DNA of 64,000 nucleotides from Dehalococcoidia bacterium (GTDB lineage Bacteria; Chloroflexota; Dehalococcoidia; Lucifugimonadales; UBA1123), in the NCBI GenBank assembly GCA_965207355.1, contig OZ242284.1:2339708-2403707 (forward strand). The letters are read 5' to 3'. The position numbers and the translations under genes were made by a program. The notes under the pieces are model-generated. The model made no database searches. It worked only from the letters and a program-made list of their open reading frames with translations, and was not told the DNA's origin. Below are positions 46,221 through 56,051 of the stretch, piece after piece (within the stretch, counting starts at the first letter, position 1; every line of letters begins with the position of its first letter).

Positions 46221-46243
46221 CTTGGAAGTTCGAACCTTCCAAG
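46221..46243. promoter_or_regulatory. 23-bp near-perfect palindrome upstream of yebC
   Basis: CTTGGAAGTT-CGA-AACCTTCCAAG has 10 of 10 arm positions complementary. It ends 36 nt before the yebC ATG. Confidence 0.4.
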
Positions 46244-46279
46244 GCAGGCGCGAGTCACGACTTCCGGGGAGATTGCGAA

Positions 46280-47035
46280 ATGGCAGGACATTCTAAGTGG
46301 TCGCAGATCAAGCACGCCAAGGCGATAACCGACCACAGGCGGGGCAAGATGTTCACCAAGCTGGCTCGCGAGGTAATCGTGGCGGCGCGCGAGGGCGGCG
46401 GCGACCCTGACGCCAATTTCAGGCTGAGGATGGCCATTCAGCGCGCCAAAGATGCCAATATGCCCAACGATAATATAGACAGGGCCATCAAGCGCGGCAC
46501 CGGCGAGAGCGACGACGGTGTCCAGATGATCGAGATGACCTACGAGGGTTACGGCCCGGGCGGCGTGGCCATCATGCTTGAGACCCTCACGGACAACCGC
46601 AACCGCACAGTCTCCGACGTTCGCACCACGCTGACCAGGGCGGGCGGCAATCTTGCCGAGTCCGGCGCGGTCTCATGGCAGTTCGACAAGCGCGGCGTGA
46701 TTACGGTGGAGGCATCCGAGGAAGAGGCGGAGGAGTTCACTCTCGTGGCTATTGACGCGGGAGCGGACGATTTCGACGCGGACTCAGACACGCTTCAGGT
46801 CTTCTCGGAGCCCAGCACCCTGGAGGACGTTCGCAGCGCGCTGGAGTCGAACGACGCGACCATAAGCTCATCCGAAGTATCCCTGATACCCAGCAATACC
46901 GTCCCTCTGGATAACAGGTCCGCGGGGCAGATACTCAGACTGTTGGACCAGCTCGAAGACCTCGACGACGTCCAGAAAGTGTACTCCAACGCCGACTTCC
47001 CGGACGAGGCGCTGGAAAGCTATCAGAGTGCGTAG
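46280..47035 (+). CDS. yebC: YebC/PmpR family DNA-binding regulator
   Basis: MAGHSKWSQIKHAKA... and full-length YebC pattern. Confidence 0.9.
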   Translation: MAGHSKWSQIKHAKAITDHRRGKMFTKLAREVIVAAREGGGDPDANFRLRMAIQRAKDANMPNDNIDRAIKRGTGESDDGVQMIEMTYEGYGPGGVAIMLETLTDNRNRTVSDVRTTLTRAGGNLAESGAVSWQFDKRGVITVEASEEEAEEFTLVAIDAGADDFDADSDTLQVFSEPSTLEDVRSALESNDATISSSEVSLIPSNTVPLDNRSAGQILRLLDQLEDLDDVQKVYSNADFPDEALESYQSA

Positions 47036-47039
47036 CGAT

Positions 47040-47639
47040 TCACCTCAGAGGGAAGAAGCCGTCGGGGGTTTCGCTGTCGGAGTCGTCTGAGGGAACGGAG
47101 TGCTCTATGAGCGCGCGAGTCCAGTCTTCCAGCTTGTCCTCGGGGACCGCGCCCACCCATCTTCCTTCCACTATCCCGTTCACGCCTATGAAGAACGTGA
47201 CTGGCAACCCGATGACGCCGTACTCAACGGTAATCTTGCCATCCGGGTCGCGCCCGTTGGGGAAGGTGAGCCCGAACTCCTCTACGTATCGTATGGCATC
47301 CTCCTGAGTATCCTGTATGTCCACTCCCACGAACTGGACGCCGTAGTCACGGTACTTCCGCCATACCCTCTCGAAGCCGGGCGATTCGTCGCGGCAGGGC
47401 GGACACCAGGAAGCCCAGAAGTTTATCACAATGGGACTTCCCGCATAGTCTTCAAGACGGAATTCGCCCCCACTCAGCAGGGTCATCGAGAAGTCGGGAG
47501 CGGGATTGCCCACTCTGGTTATGCCGCTGCGTCCAGTCGGCGACTCCCTGTTGGCTAGCCCATAGGCCATAAGCGCGAAGAAAGCGACAACAAGCACGGC
47601 GAGCGCCACAATCGAGACTGGCTTCCAGTGTCTGCGCAA
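47040..47639 (-). CDS. TlpA/ResA-like thiol:disulfide oxidoreductase, membrane anchored
   Basis: N-terminal TM helix and thioredoxin motif WASWCPPCRDE. Confidence 0.8.
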   Translation of the reverse strand: MRRHWKPVSIVALAVLVVAFFALMAYGLANRESPTGRSGITRVGNPAPDFSMTLLSGGEFRLEDYAGSPIVINFWASWCPPCRDESPGFERVWRKYRDYGVQFVGVDIQDTQEDAIRYVEEFGLTFPNGRDPDGKITVEYGVIGLPVTFFIGVNGIVEGRWVGAVPEDKLEDWTRALIEHSVPSDDSDSETPDGFFPLR

Positions 47640-47661
47640 TTCGCTCTCTTACCCAGGGGAC

Positions 47662-49335
47662 CTAAGTCCGGCGTTCCGGCATTTCGCCCGGAGCATTGTC
47701 TCCTCCGGTTTCGGGCATTGTGAACCCCGACCTGTGGAGGAACAGCGAAACGACCAGGGACAACGCCAACACGACCGAGGCGAGAATGAACACATCGCTG
47801 ATGGCACCCGCGAGAGCGGACTTCAGCGAACCCAGAAGCGTCTCCACCAGCCGAGCGCCGTCCGGTCCGGCCTGGGTGAATCCGGCGCTAAGCCTATCCA
47901 CCGCCGATGGATCAATGAGTGCCTGCGGATTGTCCTTGATGGCGTCGAGTTGGCCGGGCGTCAGAGCGGCTGAGATGTTTTCCGGTACCGTATCCTCCAG
48001 CTTCGAGGCGAACCTGCCTGCCATGACCGATCCGAGGATGGCGAGTCCGAGCATTCCGCCAATCGAGCGATAGAATTGGAGCGCGGACGTGGATATGCCC
48101 ATCAGTCTGAACGGCACCGAGTTCTGCACCGAAAGAGTGAAAGTGGGAAAGGTCGTGCCAAGCCCAACTCCCAGTACGATGATGTATCCGACTGCGCGCG
48201 GGAAGTTCGTTTCCGGGTTCATGGTAGAGATGAGTATCGCGCCCAGCATCATCAACCCTGTGCCGATGATGGCCTGTACCCGGTAGTGGCCGCCCGTCCT
48301 CGAAAGCAACTGGCCGGACAGGGTAGCTCCGAACACGATTCCGAGCATCATGGGAGTCAGGAAACTCCCGCTGCTTGTCGCCGACGCGCCCAGCACGCCC
48401 TGGAAGAACAACGGGATGAATATTATCGCTCCGAACATTCCGAACCCCGTCAGGAACGTCGCAATCAGCGAGACCGCCACCATCTGATTCCTGTAAATCT
48501 CCAGGGGCATGATGGGGGAATCGGTCCTGGACTCTATGACTACGAATGCAATCCCCATCACCAGCCCAAATGCCAGGAATCCCAATACCTGCGGCGAAAC
48601 CCAGGCATACTGTACTCCGCCCCAGGAGAGGGCGAGCAGGATGGGCGTGACAGCCAATATCAGGGTTACCATGCCCGCGTAGTCCAGTTTCCGGCTTTCG
48701 ACCTCTGGGGTTATCTTTGGAAAGAGCCAGGCTATTAGCAGAAGCACGGGAACTCCGACGGGTACGTTAATGAGAAATATCCAACTCCATGAAAAGTTGT
48801 CGGTGATGAACCCGCCCAGCGTGGGGCCTATGACCGAGGACATTCCGAACACAACGCCCAGGAAGCCCTGGAACTTGCCCCTCTCCTCGGGTGGGAACAG
48901 GTCGGCGATGGCGACGAAGCTGTTCGCCATTATGACGCCGCCACCCAGTCCCTGTATCGCGCGGAAGGCAATTAGCTGGGTCATGGACTCGCTCATGCCC
49001 GCCAGCACGGAGCCCAGTATGAACACGGAGATGCCGCCGATGAAGAATATCTTGCGTCCGTAGATGTCTGTGAGCCTTCCCACTATAGGTACGGCCACGG
49101 TGGAGGCAACGAGGTACGCGGTGGTAACCCAGGTGTAGCGGTCGAATCCTCCCAGGTCGGCTATGATCCGTGGCATGGCCGTGGACACGATGGTCTGGTC
49201 CAAAGCCGCCAGGAACAAAGCCATCAGCAGGCCCACCATCGTGAGGATGACCTGTCGCCTGGGTAGCTGAATGAAGTCCCTGGCGACCGACTGGTCGGCT
49301 GCGTCCCTGTCTGTAGTCTGAGTCCCCTGATTCAC
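47662..49335 (-). CDS. MFS transporter, DHA2 (EmrB/QacA, 14-TMS) type
   Basis: 557 aa, with GRLTDIYGRK motif A and about 14 hydrophobic helices plus a C-terminal soluble insert. Confidence 0.8.
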   Translation of the reverse strand: MNQGTQTTDRDAADQSVARDFIQLPRRQVILTMVGLLMALFLAALDQTIVSTAMPRIIADLGGFDRYTWVTTAYLVASTVAVPIVGRLTDIYGRKIFFIGGISVFILGSVLAGMSESMTQLIAFRAIQGLGGGVIMANSFVAIADLFPPEERGKFQGFLGVVFGMSSVIGPTLGGFITDNFSWSWIFLINVPVGVPVLLLIAWLFPKITPEVESRKLDYAGMVTLILAVTPILLALSWGGVQYAWVSPQVLGFLAFGLVMGIAFVVIESRTDSPIMPLEIYRNQMVAVSLIATFLTGFGMFGAIIFIPLFFQGVLGASATSSGSFLTPMMLGIVFGATLSGQLLSRTGGHYRVQAIIGTGLMMLGAILISTMNPETNFPRAVGYIIVLGVGLGTTFPTFTLSVQNSVPFRLMGISTSALQFYRSIGGMLGLAILGSVMAGRFASKLEDTVPENISAALTPGQLDAIKDNPQALIDPSAVDRLSAGFTQAGPDGARLVETLLGSLKSALAGAISDVFILASVVLALSLVVSLFLHRSGFTMPETGGDNAPGEMPERRT

Positions 49336-49429
49336 TGTCCTCTATCCCCAATCCTAAAATCGTATTCATAATTCTTAATTGTCCAGGGTCTGTTCATTTT
49401 CTTGAAAACACACCCTTCAACGGGGCTAT

Positions 49430-49468
49430 TCCCCCTCTCCCTCAGGGAGAGGGCTGGGGTGAGGGTGA
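49430..49468 (+). repeat. Hairpin repeat family H1
   Basis: TCCCCCTCTCCC-TCA-GGGAGAGGGCTGGGGTGAGGGTGA. Confidence 0.75.
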
Positions 49469-49515
49469 TTGACCTGGCTTCACTCGCTCTGTGCCAAATA
49501 ATGAAAAGACCCGGC

Positions 49516-50562
49516 TTAACTGTCCCTGAACCTGGGCATTACCTCGTCGGCGAACATTCGCAGGCTGCGCTCGTTCTCGTCCCATGTCATAGGGCCTACG
49601 CGGAAGTGGAGGATCAGGCCGCCTACGCCTATGCGGCCCAGACGCTCTATGCGCTCGGCAACGGTGTCCGGGGAGCCGAATATCATGCTGTTCTCCACAT
49701 TGAACCTGGGGTCGGCGAGGCCGACTTTGACCGAGGCCATTTCCTCGGTGGTGTTCAGGCGGAGCCGGGTCTCGGTGATGTGATTGCGGTTAGCTTCGTG
49801 GACCCTGGCGGCGAGCTTCTCAGCCTCGGCGTCGGTGTCGGCGACGTAGATGTTTCGCCATATCCAACATTCATCCATGACCCGTTCTACGGCCTCGTCG
49901 TCCAGGCCGGACTCGGCCAATGTGTCCCGGTAAACGCCGAAACGCCTTTCGGTCTCATCATCCGGCTGGACAACAAGCATCAGGGGACGACCCTGCTTTG
50001 CCATTTCGATCATCGAGCCTTCGGTGGCCACGGCTCGGATGATTGGCGGATGTGGACTCTGATAGACCTTCGGTCTGAGCACGGGCAGGTCTATATCGAA
50101 GAACTCGCCCTTATGCCGGTAGTTCTCAGTCGTCCAGGCATTGGGGAGTATCTCCTCGGACTCCACGAGTCTGCCCTGCGCTTCAGAGAACGGGATACCG
50201 TAGCTCCGGTATTCGTAGAAGTTGTAGGCTGTGCCGCGTCCGATGCCCAGAGTGATTCGCCCCCTACTGATGTTGTCGAGCAGGGCGATCTGTTCGGCGA
50301 GCCTGATCGGGTGGTGGAGCGCCATCTGGACGGCGGCGAAGCCTATCTTGACGCGCCGGGTGCGGGCTGCGACTGCGGCCGCGAAGGTGACAGGGTCAAC
50401 GTAGGCGCACGCGCCATCGTTGTGATGCTCGCCAAGCCACACTCCGTCGAAACCGAGTTCCTCGGTCAGTTCAGCCTCATGGAGCGCGTCGGTGACAACA
50501 TCGTAGTCGGTATCTGGAGTCTCGGACTGTGGGAATAGGAAGTTGCTGAATTTCATAGGCAT
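49516..50562 (-). CDS. LLM-class (luciferase-like) flavin-dependent oxidoreductase
   Basis: MKFSNFLFPQ... and LGFDGVWLGEHH. The antisense ORF 49402..50538 has a spurious-looking composition. Confidence 0.8.
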   Translation of the reverse strand: MPMKFSNFLFPQSETPDTDYDVVTDALHEAELTEELGFDGVWLGEHHNDGACAYVDPVTFAAAVAARTRRVKIGFAAVQMALHHPIRLAEQIALLDNISRGRITLGIGRGTAYNFYEYRSYGIPFSEAQGRLVESEEILPNAWTTENYRHKGEFFDIDLPVLRPKVYQSPHPPIIRAVATEGSMIEMAKQGRPLMLVVQPDDETERRFGVYRDTLAESGLDDEAVERVMDECWIWRNIYVADTDAEAEKLAARVHEANRNHITETRLRLNTTEEMASVKVGLADPRFNVENSMIFGSPDTVAERIERLGRIGVGGLILHFRVGPMTWDENERSLRMFADEVMPRFRDS

Positions 50563-50670
50563 TGAATTCTCTGTCTTTAATTTTCAGTTGTCAATCGCAA
50601 ACTGTCTGCGAGAGTATAAAATATCTGGTGCGAGTCAATAAGAGGTCAGTCGGAACCGATAGCGCAACAG

Positions 50671-50708
50671 TCCCCTCTCCCAGAGGGAGAGGGCTAAGGT
50701 GAGGGTGA
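50671..50708 (+). repeat. Hairpin repeat family H1
   Basis: TCCCCTCTCCC-AGA-GGGAGAGGGCTAAGGTGAGGGTGA. It overlaps the last codons and stop of recQ. Confidence 0.75.
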
Positions 50709-52889
50709 CGAACCACTTTTAGCGACCCCCTGCCTTCGGAAGTGCGCGCGGGCCAGCCTGAGTTTCCAGTAGGCGAATTCTCCGTTCAGCGCTTCATGCA
50801 CGGGCCTCAGTCTCTCGTACCCCACTGTCTCGAATGTGTGGGTGATTCGCTTCATATCTGGGTCGGCGGGTAGGTATCCTTCATAGTCATCCAGTTTTCC
50901 CGACTCTATCAGCCATTCAAGGTGGGAAGATACCGTTGACCTGGCCAGGCCCCTGCGATTGACGACCTCCTGAAATGGGAGGCCCTCCTTGAGCAAAGCC
51001 AGGGTCTCTTCGAGCGAAGAACCGATGCCCGAATTTCGGGAAGAGTTCCCGTTTAGGGAGCGCCGGAATTCGCGTGATCCTCCGGATGCCACCATACCAG
51101 TGCGGTCCTCGATGCCGTTTGGCACTGCGTAATCGCGGATTACGTCCAGGAAGTTGTCGCCGAAGTCGCGGAATTTCACGCGACCAACGCCTGTTATCCT
51201 CAGAAGGCTGTCCTCGCTCTGGGGATAGTAGTGCGCCATCTCCCGTAGGGACACGTCGCCGAAGACCACATAGGGCGGGACACCTCGGTCGGACGCCAAT
51301 CTGGTCCTCAGTTCCCGCAACTTCTGGAACAGATCGTAGTCGTAGTCGAGTTCGGCTCTCTCCCGCCTCGACACCCGTTTCGTACTTTCGAGAACGGGCA
51401 GTTCGATGCTCTCACGGTTCTTGAGAAAGCTACGGCCTTGTGTTGTCACGGACAGGGTGGGATAGCGCGAATCGCCACGCGCCATCAGTCCTCGGCTCAC
51501 GAGGGTAGCCATCAGCTCCCGCAGCGACTTGGCGGTGTAGTCGTCCACGATTCCGAAGACCGACAGGTTGTCGTGATTGCGGTCCGTGACGCTCTTGACT
51601 CGCCTTCCGGTCAGGACCTGGGATACGTGGGTCGCGCCGAAGCGTTCGCCGGTGCGTATCACGGCGGAGAGTATCTTCTGGGAGATCACGGTGGCGTCGA
51701 AGGTCTCGGCCTCGCACACGTCGCAGGAATCGCAGTTCTCGTCGGATGGTTCCTCACCGAAGTAGCGGAGCAGCGCGGCGCGGCGGCACGATCCGGTCAG
51801 GCAGTAGCTTACTATGGCGTCCAGCTTGGTCTCGGCAGACTGGCGTTCCAGTTCGTTCTCCATGCGCTCGATGAAGAACATCTCGCGCTCGCGGTCCCGC
51901 GCGCCGTAGAAAACGATGCAGTCGGAGGCGAGGCCGTCCCGTCCTGCGCGTCCGGACTCCTGGTAGTATCTCTCGATGGAGCCGGGCATATCATAGTGGG
52001 CTACGAGGCGGATGTCCGGCTTGTCTATACCCATCCCGAACGCGACCGTGGCTACTATCACGGGCGCTTCGTCACGCACGAAACGCTCCTGGTTGCGCTG
52101 CCTGGTCTGGCTGTCCAGTCCGGCGTGGTAAGGAAGGGCTTGGATGCCGTCTTCGTCGAGATCAGCAGCGAGTTCTTCGCATCCCTTCTGAGAGCCTCGA
52201 TAGACTATCGCGCTGGCGCCCGCCCTCTTCCGAAGACGCTCGACCAGGATGTCATACCTGTCGGTATTGGGGAAGACCGCGTACCTGAGATTGGGCCGGT
52301 TGATACTTCCCGTGAAGACGGATGGGGACTTCATAGCGAGTTGGGATACGATGTCGTCTCGGACTCGCCTCGTGGCTGTGGCCGTGAGCGCGATGACGGG
52401 AGTATTGGGCGCGAGACCCCTGAGCTGTCGCAGGTTGCGGTAGTCGGGGCGGAACTCGTGTCCCCATTGCGATATGCAGTGAGCCTCGTCAACCGCTATC
52501 AGGCTGAGTTGGATTGATGCGAGGAACCTCTGGAATCCGGGGCGAACGATGCGCTCAGGGGCAACGTACAGCAGCTTGATTTCGCCACGATGCGTCTGCG
52601 TCTGCACACGGGACTGCTCCTCGCCGCTCATACCGCTGTTGAGGCACTCGGCTGGCACACCGTTGGCCTTGAGCGCGTCAACCTGGTCTTTCATCAGGGC
52701 GATAAGGGGCGACACGACCAGGGTTACACCCGGCAGAGCGAGCGCCGGGAGCTGGTAGCAAAGTGACTTGCCGCCGCCGGTGGGCATCACGACGAGGGTA
52801 TCGCTGCCACCCATGACGGCATCTATGATCTCGGCTTGCAATGGACGAAACTCATCGTAGCCGAAGTATCGCTTCAGTAGTTCAAGCAT
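50694..52889 (-). CDS. recQ: ATP-dependent DNA helicase RecQ (long form with extra C-terminal HTH-like region)
   Basis: MPTGGGKSLCYQLPA, DEAHCISQWGHEFRPDY, a Zn-binding Cys cluster (CRRAALLRYFGE...CDSCDVC), and an HRDC-like region. About 120 further residues follow. Confidence 0.9.
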   Translation of the reverse strand: MLELLKRYFGYDEFRPLQAEIIDAVMGGSDTLVVMPTGGGKSLCYQLPALALPGVTLVVSPLIALMKDQVDALKANGVPAECLNSGMSGEEQSRVQTQTHRGEIKLLYVAPERIVRPGFQRFLASIQLSLIAVDEAHCISQWGHEFRPDYRNLRQLRGLAPNTPVIALTATATRRVRDDIVSQLAMKSPSVFTGSINRPNLRYAVFPNTDRYDILVERLRKRAGASAIVYRGSQKGCEELAADLDEDGIQALPYHAGLDSQTRQRNQERFVRDEAPVIVATVAFGMGIDKPDIRLVAHYDMPGSIERYYQESGRAGRDGLASDCIVFYGARDREREMFFIERMENELERQSAETKLDAIVSYCLTGSCRRAALLRYFGEEPSDENCDSCDVCEAETFDATVISQKILSAVIRTGERFGATHVSQVLTGRRVKSVTDRNHDNLSVFGIVDDYTAKSLRELMATLVSRGLMARGDSRYPTLSVTTQGRSFLKNRESIELPVLESTKRVSRRERAELDYDYDLFQKLRELRTRLASDRGVPPYVVFGDVSLREMAHYYPQSEDSLLRITGVGRVKFRDFGDNFLDVIRDYAVPNGIEDRTGMVASGGSREFRRSLNGNSSRNSGIGSSLEETLALLKEGLPFQEVVNRRGLARSTVSSHLEWLIESGKLDDYEGYLPADPDMKRITHTFETVGYERLRPVHEALNGEFAYWKLRLARAHFRRQGVAKSGSSPSP

Positions 52890-53388
52890 ATTGGTCGTCA
52901 GTCTCCGCTATCAGAGGGCCTGCTATCGCGGCGACTATCATCGCCAGAGCCGCCGGTATGTAGAGGACTCCTACAGACAGAGCGCCGAGCAGGCATATCA
53001 ACGCCATTGAGATTCCGGATGACCATAGTAGGATTCGAGCGACTCCGTAGGTGACCATGTTTGAAATCATGGCGAAGAGACCCAGTCCGGTGATCGCAAC
53101 AGGGACAGCGAGAACGAGCAGGACACGCAGCCCGTTGACTGTGACCAACGATCCTGAACACCCGCTTTCACTGATCGTTATGCCGGTCTGAGTGGTGACG
53201 GTCGTTCCTTCGTAAACGCAGGGGTAGAATGCGAAGTACAGCGAAACCGCCCACGCAAGAAAATGCGCGAGGGCGGCGGAGGCGATTCCGAGTTTTGCTC
53301 TGTTCACGTCGCGGTATCCATGTTTCGCATTTCGTATGATACCCTGTCCTCCAATCGTAGCATAGCACTCAGAATTGGAGTTTCCCAA
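52882..53388 (-). CDS. Hypothetical membrane protein (start uncertain)
   Basis: Four or five hydrophobic helices. Its end overlaps the recQ start by 8 nt. The real start may be internal (a GTG near 53307). No family recognised. Confidence 0.4.
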   Translation of the reverse strand: MGNSNSECYATIGGQGIIRNAKHGYRDVNRAKLGIASAALAHFLAWAVSLYFAFYPCVYEGTTVTTQTGITISESGCSGSLVTVNGLRVLLVLAVPVAITGLGLFAMISNMVTYGVARILLWSSGISMALICLLGALSVGVLYIPAALAMIVAAIAGPLIAETDDQYA

Positions 53389-55052
53389 TGACGAAAATGA
53401 CCGGAAAACGCGCGCTTATGGAGATGCTGAGGGCCGAGGGCGTCAAGTACATATTCGGCAATCCGGGCACCAGCGAGAGCGCGATACTCGACGCGCTGGA
53501 AGACTATCCTGACATCGAGTACATACTCACGACCCAGGAAGGTGCGGCGATGGGAATGGCGGACGCTTACGCGCGTTCCACGCAGAGGCCCTCGTTCGTG
53601 AATCTGCACATCGAAACCGGGCTCGCCAACGGCATAAGTTTGCTGAACAACGCCTATGAGGGCGGCACGCCAATGGTGGTTACGAGCGCAAATAAGGACG
53701 TCCGCAAGCTGGCCGAGGGCCGAACCCGTCTGGACGAGATGGTGAGGCTGTTCACCAAGTGGAGCGCGGAGGCGACTCACCCGGAGCAGATACCGTCGGT
53801 GATACGGCGCGCGTTCAACGAGGCCAAGACGCCCCCTACGGGGCCTGTGTATGTCGGTTTCTCGGCGAACGCGCTGGACGGTGAGGCCGAAGTGGAGATA
53901 GCGCCGTCGTCGCCAGGGTATTTCAGGATGGCGCCGGACGCTCAGGCCATATCGGAGACCGCCGATCTTCTGTCCTCGGCGAGCAACCCGGTAATCATCG
54001 TCGGCGACCGCCTGGCACAGTCGGGCGGAATAGCGGAGGCGGTGCGCGTGGCTGAACTCACGGGCGCTGAGGTGTACTCATCGGCGTATTCAGAAATGAA
54101 CTTCCCGACGGCGCACCCGCAGTTCATCGGGCGTTCCGCTCCGTCTAGTCCGGCCACTCGGGAACAGTTTGCGGACGCGGATGTCGTGCTGGCCGTCGGC
54201 ACTAACGTATTCAGCGGTTTCTTCTACTACTCGGGCCGCGCACTGGGGCCAGAGACTAAACTGGTCCACATGGACCAATCCCACCGGGAAGTGGGAAAGA
54301 GCGAGCCGACGGACATCGGTATCATCGCCGATCCGAAGACGGGGCTGGCTCACCTGGCGGATGCGCTGGAGTCCACGATGAGCGGCTCGGACAGCGAAGC
54401 GGCTAAGGGCCGGGCGGCGAATCTTGCGGAGCGGAAGGCCGCGCTCAACTCAGCGACTCAGCAGCGATTGAAAGACCGATGGGACATGAGCCCGATGTCA
54501 ACGGAGCGGATGATGCACGAGGTGGCGAGCGCGCTGCCGCCCGGAACGCTCATTGCGGACGACTCGGTCACCACGCGGGACGCGGTACACTCGGCGATCT
54601 CATTCGACGAGCCGGGCACGGTGTTCGGTGAGCGTGGCGGCGCGCTTGGCTGGGGCATGGGAGGCGCTCTTGGACTGAAGCTGGCCAACCCCGACCGTCC
54701 GGTGGTCGGAATCATCGGGGATGGCAGTTCTATGATGACCGTCCAGTCGCTGTGGACGGCGGCGACCTACAACATCCCGGTGGTCTATATCATCTGCAAC
54801 AACCGCGCGTACCGGATTCTCAAGCTCAACATGAACGTCTATAAACAGGACATCGTGGGCGAAGATGAGCCTCAGAGCAAGTACATGGCCATGGACTTCC
54901 CGATTCCCATGAACATAGCGGGTATGGCGGAGGCGATGGGTGTAGCCGGCCGGAGCGTCACGGATCCGGCTGATCTTGCCCCGGCATTGAAGGCCGCGCT
55001 CGAATCCGGCAAGCCCGCGGTGCTGGATGTTTCAATAGACGGGTCGGTGTAA
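53388..55052 (+). CDS. Thiamine diphosphate-dependent enzyme (benzoylformate decarboxylase / acetolactate synthase-like)
   Basis: GKRALMEMLRAEGVKYIFGNPG and ThDP motif GDGSSMMTVQSL...PVVYIICNNRAYR. Confidence 0.8.
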   Translation: MTKMTGKRALMEMLRAEGVKYIFGNPGTSESAILDALEDYPDIEYILTTQEGAAMGMADAYARSTQRPSFVNLHIETGLANGISLLNNAYEGGTPMVVTSANKDVRKLAEGRTRLDEMVRLFTKWSAEATHPEQIPSVIRRAFNEAKTPPTGPVYVGFSANALDGEAEVEIAPSSPGYFRMAPDAQAISETADLLSSASNPVIIVGDRLAQSGGIAEAVRVAELTGAEVYSSAYSEMNFPTAHPQFIGRSAPSSPATREQFADADVVLAVGTNVFSGFFYYSGRALGPETKLVHMDQSHREVGKSEPTDIGIIADPKTGLAHLADALESTMSGSDSEAAKGRAANLAERKAALNSATQQRLKDRWDMSPMSTERMMHEVASALPPGTLIADDSVTTRDAVHSAISFDEPGTVFGERGGALGWGMGGALGLKLANPDRPVVGIIGDGSSMMTVQSLWTAATYNIPVVYIICNNRAYRILKLNMNVYKQDIVGEDEPQSKYMAMDFPIPMNIAGMAEAMGVAGRSVTDPADLAPALKAALESGKPAVLDVSIDGSV

Positions 55053-55099
55053 GAGGAGTGGTAGCGGTGGACGATGGTTGTAAGCGGTGCCCCTCTGGG

Positions 55100-55117
55100 T
55101 TCCCGTTTTCACGGGAA
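55100..55117. repeat. H2-type hairpin unit
   Basis: TTCCCGT-TTTC-ACGGGAA is a perfect 7-bp stem followed by TGACGG. It lies 48 nt after the ThDP enzyme stop. Confidence 0.55.
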
Positions 55118-55157
55118 TGACGGATGTTGGGTAGGATCGTGAATCAGGGAGGGAAGT

Positions 55158-56000
55158 ATGCTGAGCCCGGATACCAGATGGCCTAACTTCACCGACAAGG
55201 ACCTGGATTTCGTGGTGGAGAACGTGGCTCCGGGGGCGAGCGACCCGGACGCTCTGAAGAGACTGGTGAGGGAGGATCCGGAGTTCAGGGCGGCGATGGT
55301 CGGCGACGACAATCTGCTCGACCGCGTTCTGAGCGACGAGGAGATTTTCCTGCACATATCGCCGTCGCTGTACTTCGAGATTCTTCTGAGGAAGGCATAC
55401 CGCGAACTGGAGACCATCACCTACACGGAAGAGCGTGAGGGACGCTCCTCGATCCCTGTGTTCGACACACCGGAAGTGCTCGAATTCATGGAGCGGCCCG
55501 GCGTCGTGGAGTATATGGCCTCTATGATGGCATCGTTCACACGGATACAGAGCTACACGGTGCCGGTGAGAGTGCGGAAGGGGATCAGGAGGCGGGTACG
55601 GTACAGCGACATGGACATAGACAGCCTTGTGAAGTTCGCGGCGGATGCGGACCCGGAGCAGCGTTTTGGATACTACAAGCGCATCGCGGACGTGTGCCTG
55701 TTCCTGTCGGGTGTGTTCCCGGAGAGCGCGAGGCGTGGCTATGGCCGAATGGTGGGCGGAGCGACCATTCCCTTGACCGGAAGTCGTCGGATGCGGCGTA
55801 CCATCGAGGACTACGAGCGGGAGGGCCGCAGATTCTACGGGCTGGCCGAGGGGCATCCGGCGGCGCGCGCACTGGAACTGACCTCGGTGTTCGGGGTATT
55901 GAGGGAGAACTTCACGTCGGCGCGCAAGCCGCTGACGTTCGTGGCGACCCGGTTCCTGCACGCGAGTCGGCGGAAGCTGTTTGGGGTTGCGCTGAGCTGA
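55158..56000 (+). CDS. Hypothetical protein
   Basis: 280-aa ORF with ordinary composition. The antisense ORF 55032..55961 is Arg/His/Pro-rich and looks spurious. No family recognised. Confidence 0.5.
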   Translation: MLSPDTRWPNFTDKDLDFVVENVAPGASDPDALKRLVREDPEFRAAMVGDDNLLDRVLSDEEIFLHISPSLYFEILLRKAYRELETITYTEEREGRSSIPVFDTPEVLEFMERPGVVEYMASMMASFTRIQSYTVPVRVRKGIRRRVRYSDMDIDSLVKFAADADPEQRFGYYKRIADVCLFLSGVFPESARRGYGRMVGGATIPLTGSRRMRRTIEDYEREGRRFYGLAEGHPAARALELTSVFGVLRENFTSARKPLTFVATRFLHASRRKLFGVALS

Positions 56001-56015
56001 GTGAACCCTAGGGAA

Positions 56016-56041
56016 TCACCCTCACCCTCAGGGAGAGGGGA
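56016..56041 (-). repeat. Hairpin repeat family H1, short form, reverse orientation
   Basis: TCACCCTCACCC-TCA-GGGAGAGGGGA between convergent genes. Confidence 0.65.
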
Positions 56042-56051
56042 TTCTTCCCAC

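Noticed and set aside
49402-50538. 378-aa plus-strand ORF antisense to the LLM oxidoreductase gene
   Set aside because: It has no motifs and starts inside an H1 repeat. The minus-strand product has clear LLM motifs.
55032-55961. 309-aa minus-strand ORF
   Set aside because: It is extremely Arg/His/Pro-rich and contains the repeat-derived peptide VIPVKTGTQRG (an H2 hairpin). The plus-strand ORF 55158..56000 has normal composition.
3807-56041. Possibility that the H1 hairpin repeats form a CRISPR array
   Set aside because: The copies are dispersed over 52 kb, in both orientations, with variable length and no regular repeat-spacer periodicity. No cas genes are present.
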